Shown: positions 11,903 to 23,929 of the stretch, one piece after another
Layout of the letters: each line of letters starts with the position of its first letter
Position numbering within the stretch: position 1 is the stretch's first letter
Source of the DNA: Nemertoderma westbladi
Taxonomy: Eukaryota; Animalia; Xenacoelomorpha
Length of the DNA stretch: 45,615 bases
NCBI GenBank assembly: GCA_032718475.1
Contig: JAUCBJ010005974.1
Coordinates: 1-45,615 of the forward strand
Reading direction: 5' to 3'
Notes under the pieces: model-generated
Databases searched by the model: none
What the model was told of the DNA's origin: nothing
Seen by the model: only the letters and a program-made list of their open reading frames with translations
Position numbers and translations under genes: made by a program

Positions 11903-13648
11903 ATGGCATGGAAATCGATCAATCTGGTTACTGGGCGGAAAAGCCAACCAACCACCAAGGTTAAGGCTGAATCACCAGCCGATCGCCTCAATGGTTGGAA
12001 AGCCCACTTTGAAAAGCTCCTCAATAATGACAGGGTATTGCCTGATAACTTTTTAGAAGTAAAAGTGTCTGAGTCTGTACTCCCAGATATTCCCATTGGC
12101 GATATCTCCTTTGCAGAAGTGAAGGCTGCTGCAAAGAGCATTAAGACCAATCGTGCCAGTGGAGTAGATGGTGTTCCCCCTGAGGTCTTTAAAATACCTG
12201 AGTGTTTAAAGCTCATCTATCCCATCATAGTAGACATGTACCGAACAACAAGAGTCCCACAAGAAATGAAAACAAATAAGTTGGTGCCAGTTCCCAAGAA
12301 GGGCAACCTAACACTCTATGGTTCTTTTCGGGGAATCTCATTGATCTCGATTGCTGCAAAGCTATACAATAGGATTCTATTAAATCGCATCAGGGATCCC
12401 ATTGAGAGACTGCTCCGTGGAAATCAGAATGGGTTCCGTAAAGGTCGTGGGACCATGGAGCCCATTTTGGCACTTAGAAGGATAATTGAAGAGTTATCAA
12501 AAAAGAAAGACAGGCATCTGGCTGTTATCTTTGTTGACTTCTTCAAGGCCTTTGATTCAGTCTCTCGCTCACGTATGTTCAGCATACTTTCATTATATGG
12601 GATTCCTAATGAAATTATTGCAGCAATCAGATCAGTATACGATGGTTCGACAACATTTGTGTCTACTGTTGACGGTGACACAGAACCATTTGAAGTGTTA
12701 TGGGGCGTCCTCCAAGGAGACACACTTGCACCATTCTTGTTCATTATTGTGGTTGACTATGTTCTACGCATGTCCTTAGATCATTATAATGATGATGGGG
12801 TGATGATAACTCCACCTACTGGCTCCAGAAGTCGAGGAAATCCTGCCAAGTACCTAACTGATCTAGACTTTGCTGATGACTTAGGAGTACTATCAGAATC
12901 ATTAGAGGGAGCCCAACAGCTCCTCAGCTCATTAGAACATGCTGCTTCTAGTGTTGGTCTTTTTATTAACTCCAGAAAGACCAAAATTCTGACAGTTAAC
13001 TTTGAAAGTCCTCAGCAAGTCTCTGATCGGATGAGCATAAGCTCAAAGGATGGTATGCTTGAGCATGTGGACGACTTCTGTTACCTGGGATCATGGATCC
13101 GGAAGTCAGGTGAGGACCTTCGAATACGTAAGGGAAAGGCATGGGCAGCCTTGAATAGGCTTTCCAGGATTTGGAAGTCACCGAGAATTAATCGGAAACT
13201 TAAGGTCCGATTATTTAGAGCAGCAGTAGTTCCAGTACTCCTCTATGGGAGTCCATGCTGGGCTCTAACTGCTGAGGACACCAAATCTCTGGATGGCACA
13301 TTCACAAGAATGCTACGCCGGGTTCATTGTGTCAAGTACAATGCACACATCTCCAACCAGACACTATATAACAATAGAGGTGTCTCATTGGTTCCCCCAA
13401 GCTTGACACTAGAACAAAATCGCCTCCACTTTGCAGGACATTGCTTTCGCCGTGAGGACCAGCCAGTGCATAATCTTGTACTTTGGCAGCCTCATGGAGT
13501 GAATAAGCATGGTGGACAGCCCATGACTTTCTTGAGACGCATCTTAAAGGACACTGGCCTTAAAGATGCAGATGATCTAGCAAATGTCATGGGTGATAGG
13601 GAGTTGTGGCGGTGCAATTTTGTTGACAAGCCGGCACAGCATTCTTAA
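11903..13648 (+). CDS. RTE-type reverse transcriptase, 581 codons, no APE endonuclease domain (the listed 621-aa ORF includes 40 upstream CRE-derived codons)
   Basis: PKKG, RGISL, NQNGFRKGR, FVDFFKAFDSV, GVLQGDTLAPFLF, LDFADD, FCYLGS motifs with no internal stops. Confidence 0.9.
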   Translation: MAWKSINLVTGRKSQPTTKVKAESPADRLNGWKAHFEKLLNNDRVLPDNFLEVKVSESVLPDIPIGDISFAEVKAAAKSIKTNRASGVDGVPPEVFKIPECLKLIYPIIVDMYRTTRVPQEMKTNKLVPVPKKGNLTLYGSFRGISLISIAAKLYNRILLNRIRDPIERLLRGNQNGFRKGRGTMEPILALRRIIEELSKKKDRHLAVIFVDFFKAFDSVSRSRMFSILSLYGIPNEIIAAIRSVYDGSTTFVSTVDGDTEPFEVLWGVLQGDTLAPFLFIIVVDYVLRMSLDHYNDDGVMITPPTGSRSRGNPAKYLTDLDFADDLGVLSESLEGAQQLLSSLEHAASSVGLFINSRKTKILTVNFESPQQVSDRMSISSKDGMLEHVDDFCYLGSWIRKSGEDLRIRKGKAWAALNRLSRIWKSPRINRKLKVRLFRAAVVPVLLYGSPCWALTAEDTKSLDGTFTRMLRRVHCVKYNAHISNQTLYNNRGVSLVPPSLTLEQNRLHFAGHCFRREDQPVHNLVLWQPHGVNKHGGQPMTFLRRILKDTGLKDADDLANVMGDRELWRCNFVDKPAQHS

Positions 13649-13694
13649 AAATACAGCTGCAATGCAGCATGCCGATCCTAGTAGTAGTAGTAGT
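11903..13694 (+). mobile_element. Young 5'-truncated RTE-clade LINE with 11-bp TSD and (TAG)n tail
   Basis: TSD ACACACAGGGA at 11892-11902 and 13695-13705; tail CTAGTAGTAGTAGTAGT; uninterrupted RT frame. Confidence 0.95.
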
Positions 13695-14496
13695 ACACAC
13701 AGGGAGATCCCGAAGGCCTTGCCATTTTTGGGGACACCACAAATAAGCTAAACCACTCTATTGAATCAGAATTTAATATCTGTTACCTCGACAATGGTAA
13801 TGTGGTGGACAGTTACGAGGTCGTCCTCAATCGAGGAGGGGAAGAAGTACAGGCTGACGCTAAACATGAGGAAGTGTGAGCTGTTTTTCCTTGGAGTTCC
13901 ATCCGCAGAAGAGCGCACCCACATCCACGGCAAATTCAACACCATATGTGAGGGAATTTTGGTCCCAGACATCACCATGCTGGGATAAGTAATTTGGCCT
14001 TGGAATGCTGTCTAGAGTCCAAGGTGGCCAACCCACAAACCCTGAGCGGCCTGCCGCCTGTCTCTTATAGACAGTCACCATGCCTTTTCCTTCTAAAGAA
14101 CTCCTTCACCATCCCCCGCCTCCTTTAGTTTCTCCACTCTGCCCTGTGCTTTGACTAGTCTTGGAGCAATACGACCAGGTCCAGTGCTCTGCTCTCCAGG
14201 AACTCACCAACACAGATACTACCAACTCAGACTGGATCCAGGCCTGTCTCCCAGCCCGAGTGGGAGGTCTTGGATTGAGCTCTGCTAAGCAGCTTGCACC
14301 ATCTGCCTATGTGGCTTCAGTGGCTGCTTGCAGACCTCTATCTACCCTCCTCTACAACCCAGAGATTCCTCCCACTACCCTTACCTACACCACCCCCACC
14401 ACTCCAGGAGATCTCCCTTAGTGTAGTGATCTGATCTCACTTAAGGCCCTGAGTCTCTGGGACTCCTTCATCGCCCCAGATACCTCCCACCAACCA

Positions 14497-15280
14497 ACAC
14501 GAAGCAGAGTTGCTGGACAGTGCCAAACCATTAGAGGAACATTGCTCTTCTCCAGGAATCCGCCTCCCCAACTGATCTCACACAGTTGAACTCCCTGGAG
14601 GATCCGATCCATGGCTGTTGGATTGACATGGTCCCAATATCTTCCATGGGGCTTAAACTCACCAACACACTGAATAAACCGCATCCACTGTGGCAAACAG
14701 GTGAGCACCAATGGTCTCCACAGGCTCTCCTGTTTAAAAAGTGGCAGTCGTTCATGCCTGACTCAGCATGTTGAATGATATCATCCATTGTTCCCTCACC
14801 AGCTGTGAAGTACGATCCGTGCTGGAGCCATTGGGTCTTTGCCGGAACAACAGGAAGTGAGTTGATGGCAACAGGAAACAGAATTGCTGGACAATGCCAT
14901 TCCACCAGAGGAACCTCTCTTCTTTCCAGGAATCCACACCCCAACTGACCTCACACAGTTGAACGCCCTGGAGGATCCGATCCCTGGCTGCTGGATTGAT
15001 GCGGTCCCAATATCTTCCTTCCTTAGGGCTTAAACTCACCAATGCCAGTTCCGCATATCCATGGCAACCCACCTGGGATGCAAGGTAACTGAACCATACA
15101 ACTGCATCCACTGTGGCAAACAGGTGAGTTCCAACAGCCTCTATGGGCTCTCCTGTTTAAAGAGCGTTGGTCACTCACGCCCACCACAGCATGTTGAACA
15201 ATATCATCCATTGTTCCCTCACCAGCTGTGGAGTACCATCTGTGCTGGAGCCACCAGGACTTTGCCGGAACGATGGGAAG
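14497..15280 (+). repeat. Internal tandem duplication (~375 bp and ~410 bp units) in the CRE element
   Basis: GAAGCAGAGTTGCTGGACAGTGCC (14501) vs GAAACAGAATTGCTGGACAATGCC (14875); CCTGGAGGATCCGATCC, CAGCATGTTGAA and ATCATCCATTGTTCCCTCACCAGCTGTG each occur twice. Confidence 0.9.
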
Positions 15281-15829
15281 CGAGTTGAGGCATTACCCTT
15301 GTTGGCCAAGGCCGAACCTTGGTCTGGGATGCTACCGTTGTTGATCCTCTAGCACCCAGCCATCTTCCAACAAGCCAGACCACAGGCGGGCTAGTAGCCG
15401 AGCAGCAGGAAGCTCATAAAATCGCCAAGTATCAGGAGCTGATCGACTGGGGATACCAATTTACCCCAGTCACATTCGAGACATTCGGTCGACCCGGTAC
15501 CAGAACAGTAGGGTTTCTCTGTGACATCGGTAGGAGAATCACCATGCAGAAACAGGAACCTCACTCCCATAGATTCCTCCTTCAGTGGATTATCATCACA
15601 ATCCTCGTCGGAAATACAGCATCTGTACTGAGAACCACTGAAACGATATTAGAAGGACTGTATGAGAATTTAGAGGAATAGCTGCAAAAATCATTTTTAT
15701 TGAATATTATAATTATTCCTGAAGCGAGCTGTGTTTCATATCTCAAGATTTACCAATTTCCAGTTGTGTTCACCGATCGAGATTAAAACAGCCTGACTGC
15801 AACTCGGCAGAAGACACACAACAGCAGAA

Positions 15830-16068
15830 GGCGGGGTAGCTCAGTTGGTTGAGCGCCGGGCCTGCAATCTAATGGATGTAGGTTCAGCCCCGCCAGGGTC
15901 CACTCAGCCTTTCATCCACTGGGGTCGATAAAATGAGTACCAGTTAAATAACTGGGAGCAAATCTTGGGATAGGAGTAGCGCCCACCCCTACCCTCGAGT
16001 AGCAGCTATCGAATGAGGAGCCTTCGGGTCGCCTCCGGCTTCGGCCGACTGTTTGCTTTTTTTTTTTT
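15830..16068 (+). mobile_element. tRNA-derived SINE with conserved central domain and structured 3' tail
   Basis: A-box TAGCTCAGTTGG, degenerate B-box GGTTCAGCCCC, central CCACTCAGCCTTTCATCC..GGGGTCGATAAAATGAGTACCAG (resembles the MetaSINE-type domain, from memory), hairpin-rich tail, oligo-T end. Confidence 0.85.
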
Positions 16069-16160
16069 GATACAGCAACAATATAATTTGTGCAGTTTCT
16101 ATCACTTATGATGTATATGTACAATTATTTCATGTTACAATTTTGGAATAAAACTACGAG

Positions 16161-16295
16161 ACATACTTGTTGCAAAGTACTTTACAGTGTTCTGATGCTC
16201 GTGGCTTTATTTTCACTCACTCACTAACGTTCATTCGTGTAACAAAGCCTCTCAGATCATCACACTGGAAAGTGCTACTTTACACACAAGTATGT
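16161..16295. mobile_element. Small TIR element (family B)
   Basis: TIR ACATACTTGT / ACAAGTATGT; internal ACTGGAAAGTGCT is shared, inverted, with 35447-35502; CACTCACTAA recurs at ~4737. Confidence 0.55.
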
Positions 16296-16499
16296 AAATA
16301 GTTATTTTTAACAATAATAAGCTATTTTTACAACCCAAAGATAATTTCACCCGACCATGAACACACCTGCCTTAATTTAGAATTATATTATATTATTGGT
16401 CTTACGGAAATAGATTAGATTAAAATATATTAAAAATATATTAGAATTAGAACTATATTAGAATTAGTGATATTTAGTTGTGGTATGGGGCAAGAACTA

Positions 16500-17620
16500 G
16501 GACCAATGATATTTTCAGTTATACCATTCTACTGGTTGTATGTAGTCAAACACTGATGAGTTTCTGAATGAGTTAAAGATGGTTTTATTCTTTTTGTCAC
16601 TAAAAATTCTTCAACAATTTGATGGATATGGACACGCTTGTCATACATTCTATGATTGAACGGGGGGTATAAAAAACCCAATGAGTTGGACAGGTAGGCT
16701 GTGCGAAAAATGGTCTTTTTAGTCAAATGTAATGTACAGAAATTTGAATAGGTACAATGCGATCGGAAATAAGTATTGCACCATAGAAGTTCATTAATTT
16801 TGACACGAAATTTATTTGTAAATGTCGATCCAGCTGAACCCCTTACTATCTATGGCATGGTCCAGTCCGAATATCGACTTGTTAATGCATTTTTTCATTG
16901 GAATAACTTGAAAGTTAATATAAATAAGAACATAATATTATATGGTTGAATGCTTTGCAAAAATTGCCAATCGGTTAGAAGGAGAGTAATTACTTAGATT
17001 GACTTTGAGGCATAACAATCATGTAATGGAAATAAGGGTTGTCAGATATTGGCCAAGTTCAGTTTATTAATTGTTTGCATATACAATCTGATATTATCAG
17101 GGGAGTTGAACTTGGGCACATTTACCAAAGAATGCAGCGGCAGCACGTTTAGTAAGTGGAAAATTGGTTCATCTTAAATGACTTCTATTCATGTTCCATG
17201 AACATAAAAATGTTGCTTTATTGGAATACAGCGTAATTATCCCAGTAGTTTCATATCAGATTGAATTTCTGATCAATGAATAACTTCCATTCGATTATGC
17301 ACTCTGGGTGCAACCAATTTACTAAGGGTAAGGTTAGTGAACTGTAATGACAAGATTCGGGGCTTCCATGATAACATATGTTATGGGGTATCAACCAGTA
17401 TGAATTATTGATAGTTCACACAAACAGGGAATTTTTTATCAAATTCAGAGTTTCATTTTTCATCATCATTAGAGAGATATCTAGTTCACATGAGAATGCT
17501 TGAAGGTTATGTTTCCTTGAAAATGAGTTTTACATTGTTCCCGATTGACATAAGAACCCTTTAAGATTATTGAGGATAATTAGGCACAGAGGAGAAGAAA
17601 AGTTACATCCTGCTCCTGCC
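16500..17620 (-). pseudogene. Decayed coding-like region with LRR-like fragment
   Basis: Minus-strand HLLNVLPLHSLVNVPKFNSLIISDC and long part-open frames with scattered stops. Confidence 0.3.
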
Positions 17621-19229
17621 TAGGTGAGGTTTTCCAGGACTTTAAGTCAAAACCTGGGTTCCTTAATATGTGCACAGCTTCGAGGCTCCGATTGCATGTT
17701 TATCATTATCATGTATATCAGTAAGATATATTCAAAGTTAATTATTATTAGTACACATTAGATGAGGTCACAAGGACATTGCAACCACCCAGTTAAACAA
17801 CTTATATAAAAATGTACACGTTAATAATCCAACTAATTTGTTACATCCTTGAAATTGATTAACTCCAGGATTGTGTGCGACTTTAGTTTATAAATATTTA
17901 AGATAATGTGAAATATAACATGCTTGCATAGTATGTATTACCATTTAGTGTAGTATCATAGTCATAGTAGCTTGGGAATATAGTGATTCTAAAATTAAGC
18001 AGAGGCAAATGGATTAGGACGGTGGGCCGAATCAGATCAGTGCCCTAGTCCATTTGCCCAAAGTCTAATTTGCCCTTAAAGGCTCTAGCAAATAAAATTG
18101 GAGAGAATATGTGGAAGGGGCGAAGCGATCATAACCTGACAATGTCTTAAATTCAAAACAACATCAGTGATATATTATAATTGCATAATCACGATGCATT
18201 TTACATTACAAGATGTAACAATAGCTGATATATTAGCCTTCAAAGTCTAAAAAATACTCAAATATTCAACTTAACCATCATTTAAGTTGTCAGTTTATCA
18301 TCAAATATAATTTGTAAACGGCTATCTCCATTAGTAGCGGTTATGTTAAAGTGCAATTGCTTGTCATTGTGATGTTGTGATGGGTTGTCATTGTTGAAAA
18401 GATTAAGCGATTATAATCTATCTAACATTGAAAAGATTATTAATTTTGAGTAAATATATACGAAAGGTTACTCAGTAGATTTACTTACCAGGTGCTAGCC
18501 ATTGAACGTCGCTGGAATCCGCAGTAGTATTGCTACTAAAATTCACTAAATCCTTAACACCAGTTACAATGCCTGACGTAGATACTCCATCATCGAATTC
18601 TAACACCATCTTTGTATTTCATAAGAGGATATTATAGTTGTTATACAGCATCACACAGTAAGTACAACTTTACAAAAGCAACACAGTACCTGTGAAAATA
18701 AAATAAAACACAATACAATAATTATTATGAAGATAAAGATCGAAATAAGATAAAATTGAAACTTTCTATCCAAACATAATTCCAATAATCAATTAATCTC
18801 AGCTTAAAAATTATCACTTTGTTTGCAGTAATAACTATTGTTAATTTTCATGCTTCTTTCTAGCATAATTCAAGGAGCTTTAAAGTTTGTAGAATAATTA
18901 TTCATTAAATATAAGATTATTTTAGTGTCTTCATATGCAAAGAGAAGCACTAACCTGCCATCCTACAATTTACATGTTGCAATATAATATATTATTAAAA
19001 AATATACTGAAATAATGGCTTGAAATTACAGCCTAATCTTGTTCAGACATATAATAACCGAAATATTTCACCAGGAAAACACAGGAAAAGTTAACAAAAT
19101 GTTTCACTTTTCTTTCAAATTAATATTTAATTCTTGATCAAAGCATAGTAGTATTTAAAAAACATTAATTGATCAGTTTTGGAAAACCATGGCACATTAA
19201 TGTTTTAGTCAGCTTATAACTTACACAAT

Positions 19230-22000
19230 AATTAAATAACTTTGGTTCTATGCCTACATCAAGGCATACCCCTGAGAGAAGATTGGCCATTAGATCACGG
19301 ATTTCATTATGCCTCAATGTGATCAGTAATCTGGTGTGAATGCGGCTGAGCAAAAACATTCAGCGGTAAGTCCCAGAATGGACAGGTTATAGCATAATAC
19401 CGAAGTTAGGACAATTCGTACCTGGACAATTCGTACCTGGACAATTCGTACCTGACAATTTGTACCTGGACTATTCGTACCTGGACAATTCGTAACCGAA
19501 ATTTTTTTTTTGATGGGTACGAATTGTGTGTGTACGAATTGTCCAGATACAGATAATGTAGGTTTTTTTTTCTAGAACAAATATTTGACCTTCTAACAGT
19601 AGAATGGTATGTTCTAAAAAATGTTCTCGAAAAAAATGTGTTCTAGGACAATAATATTTATCAAAATTGATAACTAACATGTGTTCTATAACATTTATAA
19701 AAAAGTAGCAAAAACTAGCTAGTATAAAGAATAGAAAATGTCTTCTAGAACAAAATTGTATTCTAGAACAAAAATATTCATCAAAATTGATAGATAACAT
19801 GTGGTCTATAACATTTATGAAAAAATTAGCAAAAACCAGCTAGTATAAAGAATCAATATAGGGTACTTTCACCAGTCAGTATCCACACAATTCGTACCTG
19901 GACAAGTTGTACCCTCAAAAAAAATTTTGTGTACAATTTATCCGGGTACTAATTGTCCGGAGACCCGTAATGCCATTGTGTCATAAAAACTCAGTCTTGT
20001 TTAATATGAAACCCTCGCACTCTAGGGGGAGAGCTGAAAGCCAGGATGATGCCACAGGGAATTGGGCATGTTCAAGAGCACACCTTCTAAGGGGCTCACT
20101 AGACTCCATGATGACTTTCACATCCTGCTTCATCATTGCTGATGAAATTGAGTTTATGAGCTGCCTGGCCTCCTAATGTGCCTCCATCCATGAGAGATTA
20201 ATGACTGATAGTTGTCGCCTGATTGCATTGTTCATTGGTAAAAGCAGCACAGGCTGCATGTCTACCAACTTGAAAGCCTCCTTGGCAGATTCAAGAAGCC
20301 CTGGCTTAACAATAAGCCTCGAATTTCGGCTTTAGGAAAATAACCTATCCGACCTAACCTATCCCTGCGAAAATATAAAATCCCATCACTTGCGCAGCTC
20401 CAAAAGTTTGCCAGTTCCATTTGCATCATCGGCAAACCACACTGATTTTGCCTTTGATGGGTTAGAGTACACCAGGGGGTTGACAGACATAGCATACTGT
20501 GGGAAAGCAACAGGATCCGCTTGGGTAGTCCCTTCATTCGACTCTAACTCAAAGGGTCCACAGAACAAACGGATCATTTTCCAATATGTATATTTATAAG
20601 ATAGGTAGAGATGAAAGGGCTTACGATTGTACTGTTATGCAGACATTCATCACTATCAAATTCTTCGTGCAAGGCAATGGATGGCTGATTCGACACCTGC
20701 TGGGTGCGCGCGCACCTGACTGCTGTTTGGAGTGGCCCTGCAGCACACTGAATGTCTTTCTTTAAGCATGCAACAATCAGTTTTCCAACCATCCTTTTTA
20801 GACTTACACAGACACCGATTGGTCTAACACCAGGGTTCTTATTAAATGGGATCAGTTTAGAGGCAACCAAGGCTTCGATTGTGGAAGGGTCAATTACCTC
20901 ACTTGCAAGTTTGTAGGTGGCCTTTGCTATAGCACTCATAAATCTGTTGATTGGGTCCTAAAGGATTTGGAGCAAAGGATATGGTTCAAAGACAAGGCAT
21001 TTAGACCTGATGGACCAGAACCAACTCCTCTCAACCTTAAAGCTGCTATCCCATCTAATTCTGCAAAACCATTTAGAGGAATGAAATCAATGGGGCCTCT
21101 TAATGCTGAGTCTAGAAAATTCAGCGAATATATGGGAAATCTTTATCAGAATGGGATCCTCAAGTGAATGATGGTACATAGGGGGTTTGAAATCAGGAAT
21201 ATTAGGAAGACATCCCCAATAACATTCTCTATATCCAGAAAAGGCACCTCGGAGATCGTTGCCTCGATCTCAACCTCAGGGGAAACCATGGAGCAAGTAG
21301 GGTTGACCTGACCGAAAAATAGGGTTGACCTGACATCAGACACCTATTTTCTTGTGCCCCATGAACCCTAGAGCATACAGCCTTCGTGAGAAGTACTGAC
21401 CCACATCAGATAGGACACTTTTGTCGTCGTAATAGGGAGCAGACTGGAACTTGGGTTTTTGGTGCTACTGTATTTGAGTCATGACTAGCTTTAATCTCGC
21501 AGGGTCCCTTCTCACAGCCCCCTAAAGTGCACAAGCTACCAGGTGCAAGGGTTCGCATGACAATTTGAGTAAGGCGTGGAATAAATGTCATCAGAGCAAG
21601 CTAATGGGTCCACAGTGATAAGTGAGGAAGTCCTTGGAGATGAGGGCCAGCGAGTAGGGATCATAAATTCAGTCACCAAACTCTCAAGCTCCTGTCTGTA
21701 TGCTAGCATAGCATTATCATTAGTATGAAAGTTGTAACTCCCATTCAGGCATTCTTTAGCAAAATGGCATACTTATGTCCCACAGTTAAAACCGTTTTGT
21801 TGAAGCTTGGTACTGATTGGGTACTTTATGTGAACTGTCAAGACCGTGATCCCGCCTCTCCGCCTCTTGGAATTCCCAATCTCTTAGAGCATTAACAGCC
21901 CTACTGTTTTCCTTTCCAAATAAGTCCATGTAGAAGATTGTTTTCTCCTAGGGCATATAGGCACCTAAGACCCAGTGATTCTTATTAAAGATTATTGTGA
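19230..22000 (-). mobile_element. Degenerate CRE-clade non-LTR retrotransposon, second family
   Basis: GSGPSGL, ASKLIPFNKNPGVRPIGV, AAGPLQ, EGTTQADP, WFADD, NKTEFYDTMALRYNL, RHNEIRDLMANLLSGVCLDVGIEPKL; the 5' boundary is approximate. Confidence 0.85.
19402..19965. mobile_element. MULE-like MITE with 15-bp GGACAATTCGTACCT repeats and degenerate 9-bp TSD
   Basis: TSD CATAATACC (19393-19401) / CGTAATGCC (19966-19974); removing the element and one TSD restores CRE frame MALRYN; internal ~120-bp tandem duplication at ~19630-19855. Confidence 0.8.
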
Positions 22001-22149
22001 TCAAGAGCATTGAGTAACTATGGACATTAATTTTATTAGTCCACCTCTTAACTAGCTTATAACCATGGTCAGGAGAAAGCAAAAGATCTATGAAATGAAC
22101 ATTGAAAATCTTAGTGGAACCACTCAGTTGCGATTCGGTTTAATTCTTG

Positions 22150-22400
22150 TATTGTTTGTGATGTAACCTTAACGTACAATTACTATTGTAAAATTGGCGC
22201 TATACAAATGCATTATGATATTATTTCTTGAATTAACTATAATTTTTACCTCTGAAGAATTGTGGCACATGGGGAATATTCCTAAAATTATATGCAGCCA
22301 GTCAGCCAGATTTTGATGAAACAAATGTCTGAGAATATATTTTCTTCCTATATATTTATTTACATTTACCAACTAAGGCTAAATTTTTACATCGATGCCG
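22150..22400 (-). pseudogene. Possible LRR-like fragment
   Basis: ORF 22169-22372 contains VKIIVNSRNNIIMHLYSANF (xxLxxNxIxxL..F spacing). Confidence 0.25.
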
Positions 22401-23929
22401 ACCAACCAACTTTTGTAAGTTCATAAATTGAACCCTAAGGGATTTGTTATTTTTATTAGAGTGAACATCATTTTTGTAATGCTAATGCAATGCCTGGGGA
22501 TTTGGGCTTTTCCATCCCATATAGAGATACCTTCTACACTACATCTTGTGTAACTAATCGTTTTTGTTAATTTAATCGATACCGGCACATCCCGCAATTT
22601 ACATGCAGAATTTATTCATTTCTAAGGACATGCATTCCGAGGTGTTGATATATTCGCCTAATAATATGCCTATAATGCAGCCCAGTAATTATATGCACAC
22701 TACTTAGGTATTCAGGCAACGCAACAAAACTCAAATGCCAAGTTTTGGATTACCATATCTGCAGGGGAAAGGAAACCAGACAGAATTCATACACTTAATT
22801 CAGTCCTGTAATTATGTGTCCGTTCTAATAATCGGACAGCATTTCCACAGTAATAATTAACTCTCACTATCGGAATGGACTAATTGCTCCGCATTACCAA
22901 CAAAATAAATGGACAGACAATTTAAAAACGGATGTAATATATCGTTCATATTCCATGCACAACTTTTTTTTACCCCATTATAATTACTTCTAACTTACCT
23001 AGCTATACATTTAAATATTATGCACTTGGAATACTATATCAGTTGAAATGTTGAAATTGATATCAAAATAATTATAATAATATGTACAATTGTACATGGG
23101 TTCCAGGCTTGCAGATTGCACGTATTTCACTATATTAAATCTGCTTTATCTCGCTCGCATTGCTTATTTTTTTACTATTCCACTAGCTGACCTATGTGAT
23201 TCCAATTACTACAAGCCGGGCCCGGATTTACATTTAGTGTAAATCTGCATAGCTAAACCAATATTTTCTATTACCGTAATTATATAACTGAATCTATTAT
23301 TATTGCTTATTTCTAAGACACATACTGTTGATGATTTTTATATTAAAGTTATATTATTATATATAAATATGTGTTGTTAAATTTGCAATAAATTTAAATG
23401 CTTATAAATCTTGTTTTGCCATTCACTACATAGCAAAGCTACAAGCCAACTGCCTCTTCAATCTCCACAGGGAAAACCAACTACCGGTACTATTTGGTTG
23501 TATTTCATCACGAAGTAAGAGGATTTACATTGAGCTATCTAATGATACACAGCCCGAGGGTTCCTCATCCAAGGGCTCTTCCTCACAAACGTGTCTCAAC
23601 AATTCCTTCTAAAGGCAATGTCGATTGCTTGATTATTTGGATTACCTACCCACTCAAATACCTGGAGTTTTCAATTAACTAACTGGACTCTATCATGACG
23701 CCACTGCCTGATTACACCCCAGCCCTCCTACCTACTTCCCATTCATTCAACACCAAGTGATGGTAGTTTAGACACATTTTAGGTCCTGATTAAATGATTT
23801 CTTTATAGTCCAGATCGCCTACTTATAGTAACCACTGCAATTTCGAAACACAAGAAGTGAAGAACAGACAATAGAAACACACCATAATATGTATGTATTT
23901 TGATGAATTAATTGTTAAAAGTGGAGACT

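Larger units (their letters stand above)
11310..15700 (+). mobile_element. Degenerate CRE-clade non-LTR retrotransposon (RT + zinc knuckle + restriction-like endonuclease), split by an RTE insertion
   Basis: SFPSGCVGGPDGIRPQILKDL, IAMGMTLQRL, GSEAAAHATR, TQ|GDP split by the insertion, WIQACLPARVGGLGL, CIHCG...LSC, LVWDATVVD...EAHKIAKY...FETFG (PD-(D/E)xK-type); many frameshifts. Confidence 0.9.

Noticed and set aside
11832-13181. Overlapping and antisense short ORFs within the RTE
   Set aside because: Shadow frames of the RT coding sequence
11783-13648. A single 621-aa native gene, retron or DGR-type RT
   Set aside because: TSD and (TAG)n tail show a LINE insertion; motifs are RTE-type and the first 40 codons belong to the CRE element
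15830-15900. tRNA-Cys gene
   Set aside because: T-arm and acceptor stem are degenerate, and the sequence runs straight into a SINE body and tail
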